A DNA stretch of 64,000 nucleotides. Origin: Selaginella moellendorffii. Lineage: Eukaryota > Plantae > Lycopodiophyta. The stretch is taken from contig NW_003314338.1 of the NCBI RefSeq assembly GCF_000143415.4, forward strand, positions 62,001 through 126,000, read 5' to 3'. The position numbers were made by a program, and so were the translations under genes. Below, in pieces: positions 45,387-58,600 of the stretch; the stretch's first letter is position 1, and every line of letters starts with the position of its first letter. The notes under the pieces were generated by a model, which saw only the letters and a list, made by a program, of their open reading frames with translations, ran no database searches and was not told the DNA's origin.

Positions 45387-48300
45387 TGTGAGACACAAAA
45401 TCCCTAGGCCCCAAAGTGGAGCTTGAAGGGTGCCACATGGTAGTGGCCGAGGCGGAAGCCAAACGAGTGTAACATGTTTGGACTAAAAGCTCTGACTTGA
45501 AAGGTCGAGAGTGGGAGTGGAACTCCCAACAAAGTGCTCGAGGAGCAAGCACGAAACGAGCAATAAGCGAGGCTCCAAAAAGGGACCCAAAAGGACCAAC
45601 ACATGACATGTGGAAGTGTCCGAGATGGAGTCCGAGATGGACCCGAGTTGGAGTCCGAGATGGACCGAGACGGAGTCTGAGATGGAGTTTGAGATGGACC
45701 AAGACGGAGTCCGAGATGGACCTGAGTTGGAGTCCGAGGTGGAGTCCGAGATGGAGTCCGAGATGGACCGAGACAGAGTCCGAGATGGAGTTCGAGATGG
45801 ACCCAAGATGGAATCCGAGATGGAGTCCGAGATGGACCCAAGATGGAATCTGAGATGGAGTCCGAGAAGGACCCGAGATGGAGTTCGAGACCGGGACTGA
45901 GACCGAGACTGAGACCGAGATTAAGATTGAGACCGAGACTGAAGCCGAGGCCAAGACCGAGCCCGAGCCCGAGCCCGAGCCCGAGTCCGAGTCTGAGTCC
46001 GAGTCTGAGTCTGAGTCCGAGTTCAAGTCTGAGAGGGTGAAAGCCCAAAGCGTTCGTCTCCCAGACCTTGGGGGGTTTGGTAAGGTCCAAAAGTATAGTA
46101 AGGGGGAGGACTGCAGTGGAGCTAGTTTGGCCAGGAAACGCTAGTTTGGCCCAGGAAGGTTGTACCCAGTGTTGGGTGATGAGCTGCCCACTGGGAAGTC
46201 CAAGACTAGAGTGAATATGGACGAACAAGCAGGGTAGCTTGGTGAAGTGTTCAAGAGCCGACTCTAGTTCCCCTAGGAGATCGACTGGCTGATGCTCCTA
46301 GTCCAAGTGTGGGTGGCACTACCTACTTGGATACCAGGCGTGGCTCAATGGAACCTCGCTCTACACTCATGGCTAGAGCACCCAAAGGCAAAAGGTGGGG
46401 AGAGTACCCACGAGGCTCGCGTAAGGCCACGGTGTTCCGAAATGTTGCCCTAAAGTCCTAGACTGTGAAAAGGAGGAGGAGCCATCCTCTAGTGTAGAGA
46501 CCAAGGATACGGTCATGTGAGGAGGTAGGCCCAGAGGACCGAGGGACTTAGTGGTCGGGCTTGTGGGCCTTGATCTAGTGGCAATGTTGGTGAACACGGC
46601 CATGGACAAAAGTGGACTTGGTGGGGACTAGAAAAGGGATATTAGGGAAGGCTAATCCCCTTGTCTGTGGGCATCCCAAGGATGCTAAGGAGGGGATCGG
46701 GGATGATCACTCATGGATGGATGGCCCAGTCTTTGAGAGATGGGACTGTGATAAAGGTGGTGTCAGACCACTGGTGTGACCAAGGTGAATGGGCATGGCT
46801 TTAGCATAACGGGCTGATATGTCGGTGGTACCTTGGGGTGTCAGTCATGGGATCAGACACGTGGAGCACTTGGACCAAGTGCAAAAGTTGAGTGGTGGGT
46901 ATGCCATTCGTGGGGCTAGCAAGCCCAAGTCCAAAATAGGACTTATGGAGGTTGTGAGTGAGACTCCTCCAAGAGGTCAGAGGTGTGGTTAAATGACTAA
47001 AGTAGAATGGAAAATTTAGCTACTTACAACTTGGTATTGGAGTTGTTCCTTAGTCCGACTTTTATTAGTATTGAAGTATACCACCACTAGTATTAGCATT
47101 GGAAGGTCCTAGGAGTGGGCCTATCCTTGAGGAGTAGCATGTTGAGAGGACATGGCTCTCCACTCAAGTTCATGCATGAACTTGGGCGCGATGTGGTGGA
47201 TAGAAAAGGGGCCAGTAAGGGAACGACTTTGGGATCTTGGGAACAGTATAAGGGTTTCCTTAGAGAATTGAGGATGTGATTTAGATGAGTGTTTGACGTA
47301 GCCAACTGGCTAATGTAGTTGTGGTAAATGACTATAGTTAGGATCACGTGAAAGATAGGGACTCCAAAGCAATAAAGGAGTCACAAGATTATCCTCATAT
47401 ATTTGAGGTTGGTGCTCATCAATGTGAGACAAGAAGTAATGACCGCAGGAGGTCAAATACAGAAAAGGACACGAGTCCTTGAAATGGTAGCCGAAGCTAC
47501 CTCTAATAAATGCTAGAACAACCCAAGGAGTTGGGGGTGTACTCAAAGGATGAGTTGGTATTCTCATCACATGGACAAGTGGTCCTAAGGGGCAAAAGGT
47601 TGCCCCAAGAGAACAAATTAAGTGTCGGAGTAACACTTGCAAAGATTGTCCTTGTGAATAGGACTTGAATACAAGAAGTCGTATTCCAGTGAGCTGGCAC
47701 CTCAAATGTAGGACCTCACAGGTCGTCAGATGATAAAGTCCAAAAAGTTGGATGACTCAAATAGAGTCAAGGAATAATCCTAAAGAATTGATGGAAGCAT
47801 TTGGACTGAGGTGTGTTGTACCCCATAAAAGATGGGTGCCGTGGGGGGGGGGGGGGATCATAGGATTTAAATATGAGAAAAGAGGGTATCTCATCGATGG
47901 CAAGATGTGCCATGCTAAAGTCGTGGGAAAGGTGTTCCCTAAAAAGAAAAGCAACTTTGGCATAAAGTTGTGTGTGAATACTATGGTGTAGTGCTAACGG
48001 ATAGTTGGCAGGAGAAACACTGTATTGGTTTTGGCAAAGACCTAGACACTAATAAGTAGTGTCATAAAGATAGGCTCATGGAGCCGATGGTGTGGAGACA
48101 CCAAATGTGCCAAGGTGTGATACCTTGAGGTTATGTTGGTGGGTTCATGAGAACCCCTTACCAAGGGAATCCCAAGGGAATCTTAACAGAAATGGGAATG
48201 GCATAGCCTAAGCTGGAAGGCATACAGTTGGAGTGTGGTGACCCAGATAATGATGGAAGTGTGGAAGCACCAAGGAATGAGTTGTGGGACTTAACAACTA

Positions 48301-50640
48301 TGAGGCAACTAAGCAAAAGGTGCAAAATAATTGGTTAAACTAGTAGAAGGTAGCTACTTAAGACTTCTAGGATAAGGAAGTTAGACATACCCTTATAGGG
48401 GATAAATTATTTATGTTGCAATATAGTAAGTCAATGTCGAAAAGGGGAATGCTCATTGTCAAAGAGGCCATTATTGGGACACCCAAACACTCTAGAACAC
48501 CCGAAGGTGGTGTTTGATGTCGCGAGGGCAATAGATAAGGCCCAAGGGATTAAGTCCCTAGCGAATGATGGATAGAAAGTGCTATCCAAATGTTCAAGGT
48601 TGCAAAGACGGAAGAAACCCGTCTATCCGAATCGGATAAAGCCAAAAATGGAATTTTGGCAAAGCTAGTGATGGGCATATAAAGGCCCATATGTAGCAAT
48701 GTTAATCTTGATATGTGGGATTATAAGGTGAGCATACCCAGATTGAGGAACCACTCCCTAGGTGGTCGGGTAGGTTCATCCCCAAGAATACTTGCTAAGG
48801 CATGGTAGAAAGTGCAAAGTTATCCTCCTAGTTTGGAGGCGAATAACCGAAGGAAATGTGTGAGGCCAAAAGAAAGTAGTAAGGGGATAGAACCAAACCA
48901 TAGGAATCGAAGAGCATAACCAAGGGTGGTTATGTCAGTTGGGAGTGGAAAATCAAGTGGGCGCTCGAGCATGTTGTTAGTAGCAACTGTGGTGCCATGA
49001 AGAGTCTAAAGCATGGAATTGTTCATGCTAGACCATATGGCAATTGGAAAGCTTGCAAAAGGAGAATCCTTAGCAACCTAAGTGTAGCGCATGCGGTTTT
49101 GACCCTTTATCCTATAGTGATTTACCATAGGATAACACCACGAAGCAGAACCTAAACCCTCTTTATGCCATGTGATAGATGCCATGTGTCACATGCCACG
49201 TGTCCATGCCACGTGTCCATAGGAACTCAAGGTTCAGGGCCTTTGGCCACTAAACGAAAGAACGGTGCCAAACTCCCAAGCATGGAGCCAAGGAGTGATG
49301 GAACTGAACCACGGAGCAACTCCCGAGCATAAAGCCCAAGGAGCAAAGGGACAGGAGCTTGGAGCGACTTGGAACAGTCCTAGAGTAACTAGCATCCCAA
49401 TGCCAGGACCAGCATGCAAAATGGAGCCAAACGGAGTCTGGCACTATTTCGGCATATCGGTGGCCTAACGCGAGGACATGGGTATTCCACCAGCTAGCAT
49501 GGTGTGGAACTTGGGCTTAGACGCAAGCCAGACGCAGAACAAGGATAGGCACGCAAGCGGGAGTTAGACTATGCCTCAGGTTGGTCAGCCATGCCCAACC
49601 TACCCACTATCCCTACTATATATTTGGAACCCCCCACAGCCCCCCCCCCCCCCCCCCCCCCTTGAGGAACACACGCTTTGGGCTTTCACCCTAAGCCTCC
49701 TTTAGTATCAGGAGTTAGCTCAAAACTTATTAAATATGGAATGTCCCTAGATTGCGAATTTGGACAAGAGACGAACACTATTGTGTTCAGGACGATCTCT
49801 ACATTCCGTAGATATGCCAAATGAGCAAATCTTGACACTTTCCATAAATAGCATTTGGGACCGAAATGAGACTAACACAAAGAGCATGATAGCGAGGGTG
49901 TTTGGCAGATATGGTAAACTATCATCTAACAATATTGAGGGACTAATCTCAATACGCGAGGGTTCTTGTCAAGCCAGTGCAAGACAGAGCAAAAGAGAAC
50001 TAAGAGCCAGGCCGAGTATGCTCAGCTAGAAACACATAGGAGTTCCTACTTTATGTCCATCTGGCTAAGTACAGGTGCTAAGCCCAGTAAACTAACACTT
50101 GAACAAGAAGGGCTGATAAAGGGAACCAGCAATACCAACCTCTTGCCATCATGGTAGTAAGGTAAGAGTGTCCGTAAGGACTGGCCGACAGGTAGCTTTC
50201 GATACCTGAAGTCACATGTGCGACACTAAGGGACAGAGTTCCTTCAAAATTCTCAAAGACAATTCTAGGTAGCGTAGTACCTAGAAAGCCAAGTGTAAAT
50301 GGTTCATAGAATGCGCAAAATCAGGGTGGCACAGCAAAAGCGTGGTCTTGAAGCTTGCCATAAGGCAATGCTACCAAGGTTGAGGAAGTAATTTCCAAGT
50401 GTTCAAAGGGATAACTTTGAATGAAAGTCGATGGTTAAGGACTTTCACGCTTATGCATGAAACCATGTTACATTGGTGGGATGACTTCTTAAGTGAGAGT
50501 GGCAAGTCAAGGGAACAAATCCCTTAGTTGAAGATGCTAACTTCAAAAGGGGTGGCTTATGTGGCCAAGCATGAAGGAGTCCATGCATGATCATAGACTT
50601 GTCAAGTGAAAGGACTTGAAAGGACTTGAAAGGACTTCAA
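45387..50640 (+). mobile_element. Family B LTR retrotransposon: 5' LTR 45387-47028, degenerate tRNA-Met-like PBS (TGGTATTGGAG, about 47032), decayed internal region of uncertain extent
   Basis: LTR is colinear with 59464-61283, TG...CA; a PBS-like sequence follows; the internal region has no intact ORF. Confidence 0.65.
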
Positions 50641-50644
50641 TCTC

Positions 50645-51467
50645 TCAGGGGAACTAGAGCCGGCTCTTGAACACTTCACCAAGCTACCCCGCTTGTCGGT
50701 CCGTATTCACTCTAGGCTTGGACTTCCCAGTGGATATCCCATCACCCAACACTTGGGCACAGCCTTCCTGGGCCAAACTGGCCTTTCTTGGCCAAATTGG
50801 CTCCATTGGAGTCCTCCCCCTACTATGCTTTTGGAGCTCACCAAACCCCTTAGGGTCTAGGAGATGAACGCTTTGGGCTTTCACCCTCTCAGACTCGAAC
50901 TCGGACTCGAACTCGGACTCGGACTCGGACTCGAACTCAGACTTGGACTGGAACTTGGACTCGGGCTTGGGCTCGGTTTCGGCCTCGGCCTTGGTCCCGA
51001 TCTCGGTCTCGGTCTCGGTCTCAGTCTCGGTCCTGGTCCCGGTCTTGGTCTCAACTTCGGACTCCATCTCGAGTCCTTCTCAAACTCCATCTCTGATTCC
51101 ATCTCGGGTCCATCTTGGACTCCATCTTGGGTCCATCTCGGACTCCATCTCAGGTCCATCTTGGACTCCACCTCGGTCCATCTCGGACTCCAACTCGGGT
51201 CCATCTCGGACTTATCTCGGTCCATATCGGACTCCATCTCAGTCCATCTCGGACTCCATCTCAGACTCTAACTTGGGTCCCTTTTCTAGAAACTCTTTTA
51301 TGGCTCGCTTCATGCTTGTTCCTTGAGCACTCCATTGGGAGTTCCACTCCCGCTCTCAACCTTTCAAGTCAGTCCAAACGTGTTACGCTCGTTTGGCTTT
51401 CGCTTTAGGCACTACCACATGGCACACTTTCAGCTCCACTTTGGGGCTTAGGGATTTGTGTCTCACA
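50645..51467 (-). mobile_element. Partial family B LTR, inverted
   Basis: Reverse complement of about 59464-60535, ending TCTCACA at 51467. Confidence 0.8.
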
Positions 51468-51760
51468 CTGTATACTAAAGAGAGAAAATGTGAATTTGCT
51501 CAACAAGTAGTAAAGTTTCTTGGGCATGTGGTGGGCAAGGATGGGCTCAAGGTGGACCCTGAGAAGGTCCAAGTGATCCAAGAATGGGAATAACTATCAA
51601 ATGTATATAAGTTAAGGGCAATCTTAGAGCTATGCATTTACTACCAAGAGTTTATGAAACACTATTTGAGAGTAACTTTGCTTTTAACGGACCAAACAGG
51701 AAAAGTGAAGATGGTATGAACAGCAAAATGCAAGGAAGCTCTATTTCGTTAAAGTGGGAT
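51468..51760 (+). pseudogene. Ty3/gypsy reverse-transcriptase fragment
   Basis: LYTKERKCEFAQQVVKFLGHVVGKDGLKVDPEKVQVIQEW, then stops. Confidence 0.75.
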
Positions 51761-52445
51761 TTATTCAGTAAAATGGGACTAGGTACAAATTTTCAAGTAT
51801 TTGAAAATGACGTGAAATTATATGTTTTTTGTCCAGGGGCTAGACATATCTGGGGCATGGTGATTAGCGCGGTGACTTTATGTCCAGACTGAGTCCATCT
51901 GGTTGTATAATAAATCTCATTGTCAAGGTGAACAAGCCGAATCTGAAGCTAAAGAAAAGCGATGGCATGCGCGCACACACTATTTTTCATTGAGCGTGTG
52001 GTGAGCTTTCCAAGATGAACGTCATTCCTATTAGCCAGACATATAACTTAATGGTGAGAACATTTAGATATTATTCAATGTTATCTTTTTCTAACGAATC
52101 TAATTGTGAAGGTGTAGCAAGAGGCATTGCTAGTCTGGAGAAGTCATTTAACTCATTTGACCCTTAGTGTATTTTCATGAAACTAAATAACATTCATATT
52201 ATTAAGGAATTTCTCTAGTACCTTTTTTTTATGACATAGAGGCTTGCATTTCTTTCAAAGGTGATTTAGTAAAAGGCCTGAGGGCACATGCCATTCTATT
52301 TCTCAGACCGGTATTAAGATATACTAGTGCAAAGGGCCACATGCCATCACGCCTCCTCTGATTCAGATTCGGATTGTTCACCTTGAAATAAAATACATTA
52401 GAAACTTAGTAAAGGAATATTAATGAATCTCACCTTGAACCCGGG

Positions 52446-54320
52446 TTATGAATGCTCTTGCTGCATCTCTTGCATGGTCTGGCAAGGTGATGGTGGCACT
52501 CTGCTTCCGCATCCAACCATGCACAACATTATCACCGATATGCTCATGCTGGGATCCTTTGGATTCAGCACCCATCTTTTTTCTAGGCAATCCTTCGTAT
52601 ATCCGGAACTTGGCTTGAACCACTCCACAGTTACATTGAAGGAGTTAGTTTCCGCGTCCTCCTCTGCATCAGTGATGCAGCGCCCCACCCATATCATTTG
52701 TTTTTTATTACTGGGTCTGACAAGCACGACCATTCCTTTGCAGACCTGTACTGGATTGAATGCTGAATCCGGCTTCTTGTTCCTCAGCCCACAATAGTGA
52801 TCCTCAACATCGTTATCTGTCACTGCATTTCCAGAGGACATTGTTCCGCTACTATCTGGTGCTCTGGGTTCTGGCCAAAAGGACTCTTCCAATTCTTCAT
52901 ATACAACCGGCCCATTTTGGATAGCAGATATAATCTTCTCCCAGTATTCGAGCAAAGGCTTGCACCTCTTAAAATAGGATTCTCCACCAAACACCAACCC
53001 CCTCTTCCAGAAGGCAATATGCTGTCTAATCCCGGCCACTATACTTTCCTGGTCTTTGAGTCCATCCGGGTGCATCGGCCGTGGGGAACCCTGAGGAATC
53101 ATAGGTTCCCCAGTTATGGGATCTCTCTTGAAGAGTTCAATGCCATCCACTGGCAGCCACACTGTGTCCCATTCTCTCATCTTGTACCTCATCACTAGAG
53201 CACCGTCACGCATGCTGAAATGAAACTGAAGAGGCTTGGAGTGGCCAATCAGCATTTTGGATCCATCCCTGATGTAGCCTCTTACAAACCCCTTAAAGTC
53301 TGGAACCTCTGTCACAAGTGCAGCTTCAACAGTGCCTTTGATGCAATTTTGGAATTCATCGTAGAGTTGTAGGAGGGTGAGGACATTGGATCGCCGGAGG
53401 GACTCTGCCAGGTGACTGAACATGGCATCGACGTCTTCATGAGTGTGCCCAACCATGAGAAAGCCAAGTGTAACTGTTTCAAATATGCCTTTGGCAACAA
53501 GCATCGCCAAGTACGCGAAGACGTACATGTTTTTGTTCTCACTGCCAGCATTGTCTGTTTGGAGCAGAAGATGGGGTGGAAGGCCACATCGGCCGCAAGA
53601 ACTTCCTTGAGATTCTGCTTCGTTTGGATGAGGCTGTGCATTCACCGGGCGACCAGCCTCGTCGGAATGGCATGAGGCCTCACGTGATAACCCTACAATC
53701 TGACGGCCAACATATTCACTGGGATGGCATGGGGCCCCACGCGATACTGCAAGCCTTTGCTCCTCCTCCAGCTGAACCCTGTATGGGGTTCGATCGATAA
53801 GGGCCTTATGCAAGGGTTGGCCGTTCAGCTCAGTCTGCGCACTTTGCAGAGACCTTAAGTGTTTTGCTAGGGACGCAATCATCATGTTTGCACCCCCGCC
53901 ACCCCATAGAGGTACAAAGAAGTTCCCATAGTTCTGGGCACCATGCCCATGAGCGATTATGCCAAACAGAGACATAGGCAGCTGCATGGATGAAGAGATT
54001 GCCTTAGGGGTAGGATTGAGTCGAGGTAAGCACGTCTTTTCCATGGAGGGAACATGCGTCGCACTTGTGCTGTCCCCAACATCTGCTTTCTTCTGCAGAT
54101 TTTTCAAGGCAACAACAACATTTACCCCGACGACCATCTCTCCTCGTTCAATAGCGACCACATTCCCATCGAAGACAGTCTCTACTGATACAGCAGTATT
54201 GCCTTCCCCAAGCCTTTGACAGTGTATAACAAAGTTCCGATCCATAGACACAAGGGTCCCTTTTGCAACTCTCTTCCCACCATTCAAAATGTAAACCTTT
54301 TCCCCAACCCTGAAGGCCAT
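52446..54320 (-). CDS. DUF7869/Sola-like transposase-related protein (624 aa), possibly internally deleted
   Basis: LLLQTDNAGSENKN...FLMVGHTHEDVDAMFS and GIIAHGHG match the QxDN..ENKN..GHTHEDxDxxFS family; N-terminus resembles the Tnp1/En/Spm-like VAKG..H..L..V.V motif; C-terminal beta-barrel-like segment. Confidence 0.65.
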   Translation of the reverse strand: MAFRVGEKVYILNGGKRVAKGTLVSMDRNFVIHCQRLGEGNTAVSVETVFDGNVVAIERGEMVVGVNVVVALKNLQKKADVGDSTSATHVPSMEKTCLPRLNPTPKAISSSMQLPMSLFGIIAHGHGAQNYGNFFVPLWGGGGANMMIASLAKHLRSLQSAQTELNGQPLHKALIDRTPYRVQLEEEQRLAVSRGAPCHPSEYVGRQIVGLSREASCHSDEAGRPVNAQPHPNEAESQGSSCGRCGLPPHLLLQTDNAGSENKNMYVFAYLAMLVAKGIFETVTLGFLMVGHTHEDVDAMFSHLAESLRRSNVLTLLQLYDEFQNCIKGTVEAALVTEVPDFKGFVRGYIRDGSKMLIGHSKPLQFHFSMRDGALVMRYKMREWDTVWLPVDGIELFKRDPITGEPMIPQGSPRPMHPDGLKDQESIVAGIRQHIAFWKRGLVFGGESYFKRCKPLLEYWEKIISAIQNGPVVYEELEESFWPEPRAPDSSGTMSSGNAVTDNDVEDHYCGLRNKKPDSAFNPVQVCKGMVVLVRPSNKKQMIWVGRCITDAEEDAETNSFNVTVEWFKPSSGYTKDCLEKRWVLNPKDPSMSISVIMLCMVGCGSRVPPSPCQTMQEMQQEHS

Positions 54321-55576
54321 TCTGAAAGTGCAGAAAAGAAGTTAAGACCATACAAAAAATGATTGGAGAATGGCCTAAATCATAACATACCAAATAGCAT
54401 GAGGCCACATGCCATTATTCAAACATGCTATTGACACCCACGTGAAATTTCGCATTCACAAAATTGGCATGAGGCCTCATGCCATCTTGATATACACACA
54501 GCTGCAGGCAAGTAAAAACATACATGACAATACGCTAGCCATGAAATTGCAAGGGCCCAAGATGGCATGTGGCCTCATGCCATTTCTAAATGTGGTCTTA
54601 AACCATTCCATGGTGAACATACCAGGAAGCACAAGTGCCGAATATCAAGAGGAAGCGGTAGCCACACCAAAGACAATGCCGCTCGCAACACCACAACTGC
54701 TCGTAGCACCGCTCGCACAAACTGCCACTCGCATAAATTACCGCTCGCAATGGCGCTCGCAATGCCGCAACCGCTTGTAGACGCATAAACCACAGCTCAC
54801 AACGCCACTTACACAAGCAGCGCTCACTGCGCTCAGTGGAACCAAGAACACAGCGCACAAAAATGATAGACCTAGGAATGAGTTCGAGAATTCAAAAATA
54901 ACACACGCTTGAACGTCATATCAAATCCTCTGACAAACCAGATCTTATGATTCCTCTGACAAATTTCAAACTGAGTAGCTTCTAGACTTTGCTGTCGGAG
55001 GTTGAACTTTGTCACATCATGTCCTTGCCTCGATCCAACTGTGCCATGTCAGTGATTCGAACTTTGCCATGCCATGTCAGCGATCCGCGCCAAGATTATT
55101 TGCCGTGTAAAGGAATAATTATGCTGTGTGTGTACGTCCATTTATGGCAATATAAGGCCACACGCCATTCAAAGAATAATGCTAGTCGAGCATTTTTTGG
55201 TGCATTTTTGGGTTCAAAATTGCATGAGCCCACACGCTATAAAGTTTACCTCTACCAAAAATAGAAACAGCTTTATTTACTTGGGAATTTAAGTGGTTGA
55301 GGCATTTTTAAACTTACAAACACATGCCCTACTTACATTCATTTGGTTGCTTAAAATTCAAAAATATTATAAACCTTTCTTTTTGCATTTTCAATGTTTT
55401 CAATTATGGTTTTTGATTTTCGCAGGACCAGCCTAGTAATCTATTTGCATCCTGTCATGTTTATAGCTAGCTTTCGTTTGTCCCCTTCGCTGGCCTGAGA
55501 TACATCTGCTCGGAATCTGCCTCTTACAGCATTTGCCCAGAAAGGGCATCTTTCTTCACGCAGCATTTGCCACATG

Positions 55577-55608
55577 TTTAGGGTTAGGGTTTAGGGTTTA
55601 AGGTTTAG
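55577..55608 (+). repeat. Short telomere-like tract (TTTAGGG/TTAGGG, about 4.5 units)
   Basis: TTTAGGGTTAGGGTTTAGGGTTTAAGGTTTAG. Confidence 0.7.
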
Positions 55609-58600
55609 CAATTCAGTAGCTTGATAAACATGCAAATACAGAACTTGATGCAAAATCCTTTGATATGTCACAATGCCCCTAGGACCATAAACACATTTCA
55701 ATAGAGAGGGTCCTTTCATTTCATAACTCCTTACGTAGATCTTGGTGAAACCAGAGTTAGTGAAGTTGGTTTCTTGTGATCCCGCATCTGATTGTGATGT
55801 CCCTTTGCAGTGTCGATGGAAAGGTCAATGCACACTAAACTGTAGAATCTTGGAGCAAAATAACGGTCGGATCTATGGCAAATGCCCCTGAAACATTGTA
55901 AGGCTTGTGTGGTCTTATGTAGTGTCCGATCGAGATGCTTCTTTGCAGGGTCATCAAGAAGGACATTGTATACCATTCTGTAAAATCTAGTTGCGATCTA
56001 ACGGTTGGATCTCCAGGAAACTCAAAACAATCTCGCGCGTGTTAGAATATTCTAGGAATATACTCCTATGTGCTCCTGAAAATGGCATGCGGCCCCACGC
56101 CATTCAAGAGATAACGCCAGATGACGCCGAGCATTTTTTGGTGCATTTTTTGGGATCAAAATTGCATGAGCCCACACGCTTGAACGTCACATCAAATCCT
56201 CTGACAATTTATTTAGCTGAACATCTGGCATTTTTGGAAATACAAGATGCTTTGGAATATCCAATCATGCATGGTATAAATATAGCGAGGGTATTAAATG
56301 ATATCCCAATCATGATCTTTCTTTTGGATTTCGCGTGCATGCAGTCCGAGGAATGATGACGTTGCGGATTTCTTTTGGATTTCACGCATGCGCGCGCCGA
56401 TCCAGAAATTAATGGTGGCGCCCAAGTCCGAGGAATGATGACGTGGCGGGATTACCAACCGTCGTGACATTTCGCGCGTGTGAGGTTAGGTTTTGCATTT
56501 TGCTTCGTACTCGCGCTCGCACACTCGCGCTTGCATCGCGCTCCCACTCGCGCTCCCACTTCTCTACAGGTTTCTCGTGTGCATCGGCGTCCACTCGTGC
56601 TTGCATCACACTCGCGCTCGCATCGCGCTCGTGTGCATCGGCGTCCACTTCAAGACACACCCAGTTTGTAACTTCGCCGCCAACTCCGCCGCCCACTCCG
56701 CCACCCACACGCAACCCACTTGGCGTCCCGGGAGATTTCAACGCCACTCTCCAACTGTAAGTGGCAGAGTAGCCTTGCTGCTACGATCCGCTGCACACAC
56801 AGTGCACATTTGCCAGCGAGTCCGGTTGTCACGCCTCCATTCGGCTTCAAATGGTAAGTCTTTTAGGCCAAGTAGAAAATGGCATGAGGCCACATGCCAT
56901 TCAGTAGCAACATTGGCATGCACCGATTGGGCTCTCGAGTGCAGTCCAGTTACAGATGGCGTGTAGCCTCACGCCATCTTAGGATGCAGCCTCAAGACAT
57001 CTGATGCAGTGGTGAATGGCGTGTGGCCTCACGTTATTTCCAGCTACTAGCTTTTCATCTGTCAGCTCTAATTGTTGTGCATTTCTGAACAGGCGAGGAA
57101 TTGTGTTCTTCTTCCAGCCACTGTCAATGTGGATGCAGAGAAGGGGGAGGAGCTCACCAGTTGGACTTTCGGGATGGAAGGCGAGGATCTGAGGCTGTAC
57201 AACACAGATGGTGGGAGAAAAGAATGCATGGGGATCCTCATCCAAGTGACAGACACTCCATGCAGTTCCATGCAAGAATATGGACTGGCACTTGTGGTAG
57301 AGACAGCATCTGCCTTCAAGATCCACCTTGCACATCCTAGCGGCTTCCCGGAGGGGGGCAGCGGCTATGAGGAATTCCTAGAGGGAGCTAGGGAGAGGTA
57401 GTCCAGGAGGCCCACAATTTCAAAGACGCTGCAGGTCTATGAAGATCACATGGAATCCACGGACCTCACCTACGGCGATGTTCAAAAACTATATTCCAAC
57501 ATTGAGCCATTGAGAGTGACTCCAGTTCGCGAAGCAAAGGGGAAGGGGGTCGATCTGGAAACTACCTCGAAGTAGAAAAGGGTGGTCAAGCTCAAGCCGA
57601 CGTCTGACTCTCCTGCTCCAAAAAAGAAGCTACTCAGTGATGCCATTGCCTCGGGTTCGAACACTACACCCACCAAAAAGAAGAGCCGCAAAGAGCAGAA
57701 AGAGCAAGAAGAGGCAGCAAAAATCATCGCAGATAATAGTACTTGTTACTATTCCAACAAAGTATATACAATCGACGTGAGCCGTATCGACATCCAAAGC
57801 AAATACAACCACAGGCTAGTATCTGATGAGTGGGTGGAGAAACTGAAGCAGAAGATGCTGGCAACTCCAGTAACACCCGACATCGCAGACGTGATCCCCT
57901 ACTACCGAACAATGAAGGGCGAGACGAGGTTTCCAGACTTGATCAATAGGAAGGTGTTGGACGATCAGAACATCCGGTTCTATGCCGTCTCCGGGCAGCA
58001 TTCTAGCTTGGCGATGCAAGAGATAGTTGTGGATATTATGGTGGGCGAGGAGGTGAAGAAAGTCTTCAAGACAAGAGTTGTCCACCTGATAAAAGGCAAC
58101 TCGCCCCTCCGATCTATCATATACATCTCCCATGCGCAGAATGTCAAGCAAGAAACGTGCTACAAATCGGGTCTGCACGAGACATTGGCACGAACACGGA
58201 AGCTCTGGGTTCAACTGAAGAAGCCACAAAAACCAGGACAAGGACGTGCACTAGCAACTAGCGCCTGGCAGGTAAGCCTCGTTGCATGTGGCATAGCATG
58301 TGGCCTCACGCCATTTCCATTGCAAGAATTCTTGAGTCTTCTCTCGAAAACACTGGGGGTCAATGACACACTCAGCATCCATAACATTCTACTCGCGACA
58401 AAAGTTGTTTTTGACAAATGGGTAGATGTGCTGAGGAGGTACCATGACGGGGAGTGGCCAAACTCAATGGGTGTGGAGGACGGCCGGAAGCCCAATGATT
58501 TGAAGCTCAACGCCTTGCGTTTCTCGCGGTCTCTAGACGACGACGACCTTCTGACAGTGGCTAATGCTCTTCTACGTGGTGAGGTAGTCTTCAACAAGAC

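Noticed and set aside
49165-49220. ATGCCA(C/T)GTGTC repeats resembling the palindrome arm or G-boxes
   Set aside because: Tandem direct repeats within a decayed retroelement; they lack the 8+6+8 dyad.
51760-51960. Left terminus (TIR/TSD) of the palindrome-bearing element
   Set aside because: No matching right end is visible in the window, so no terminus can be supported.
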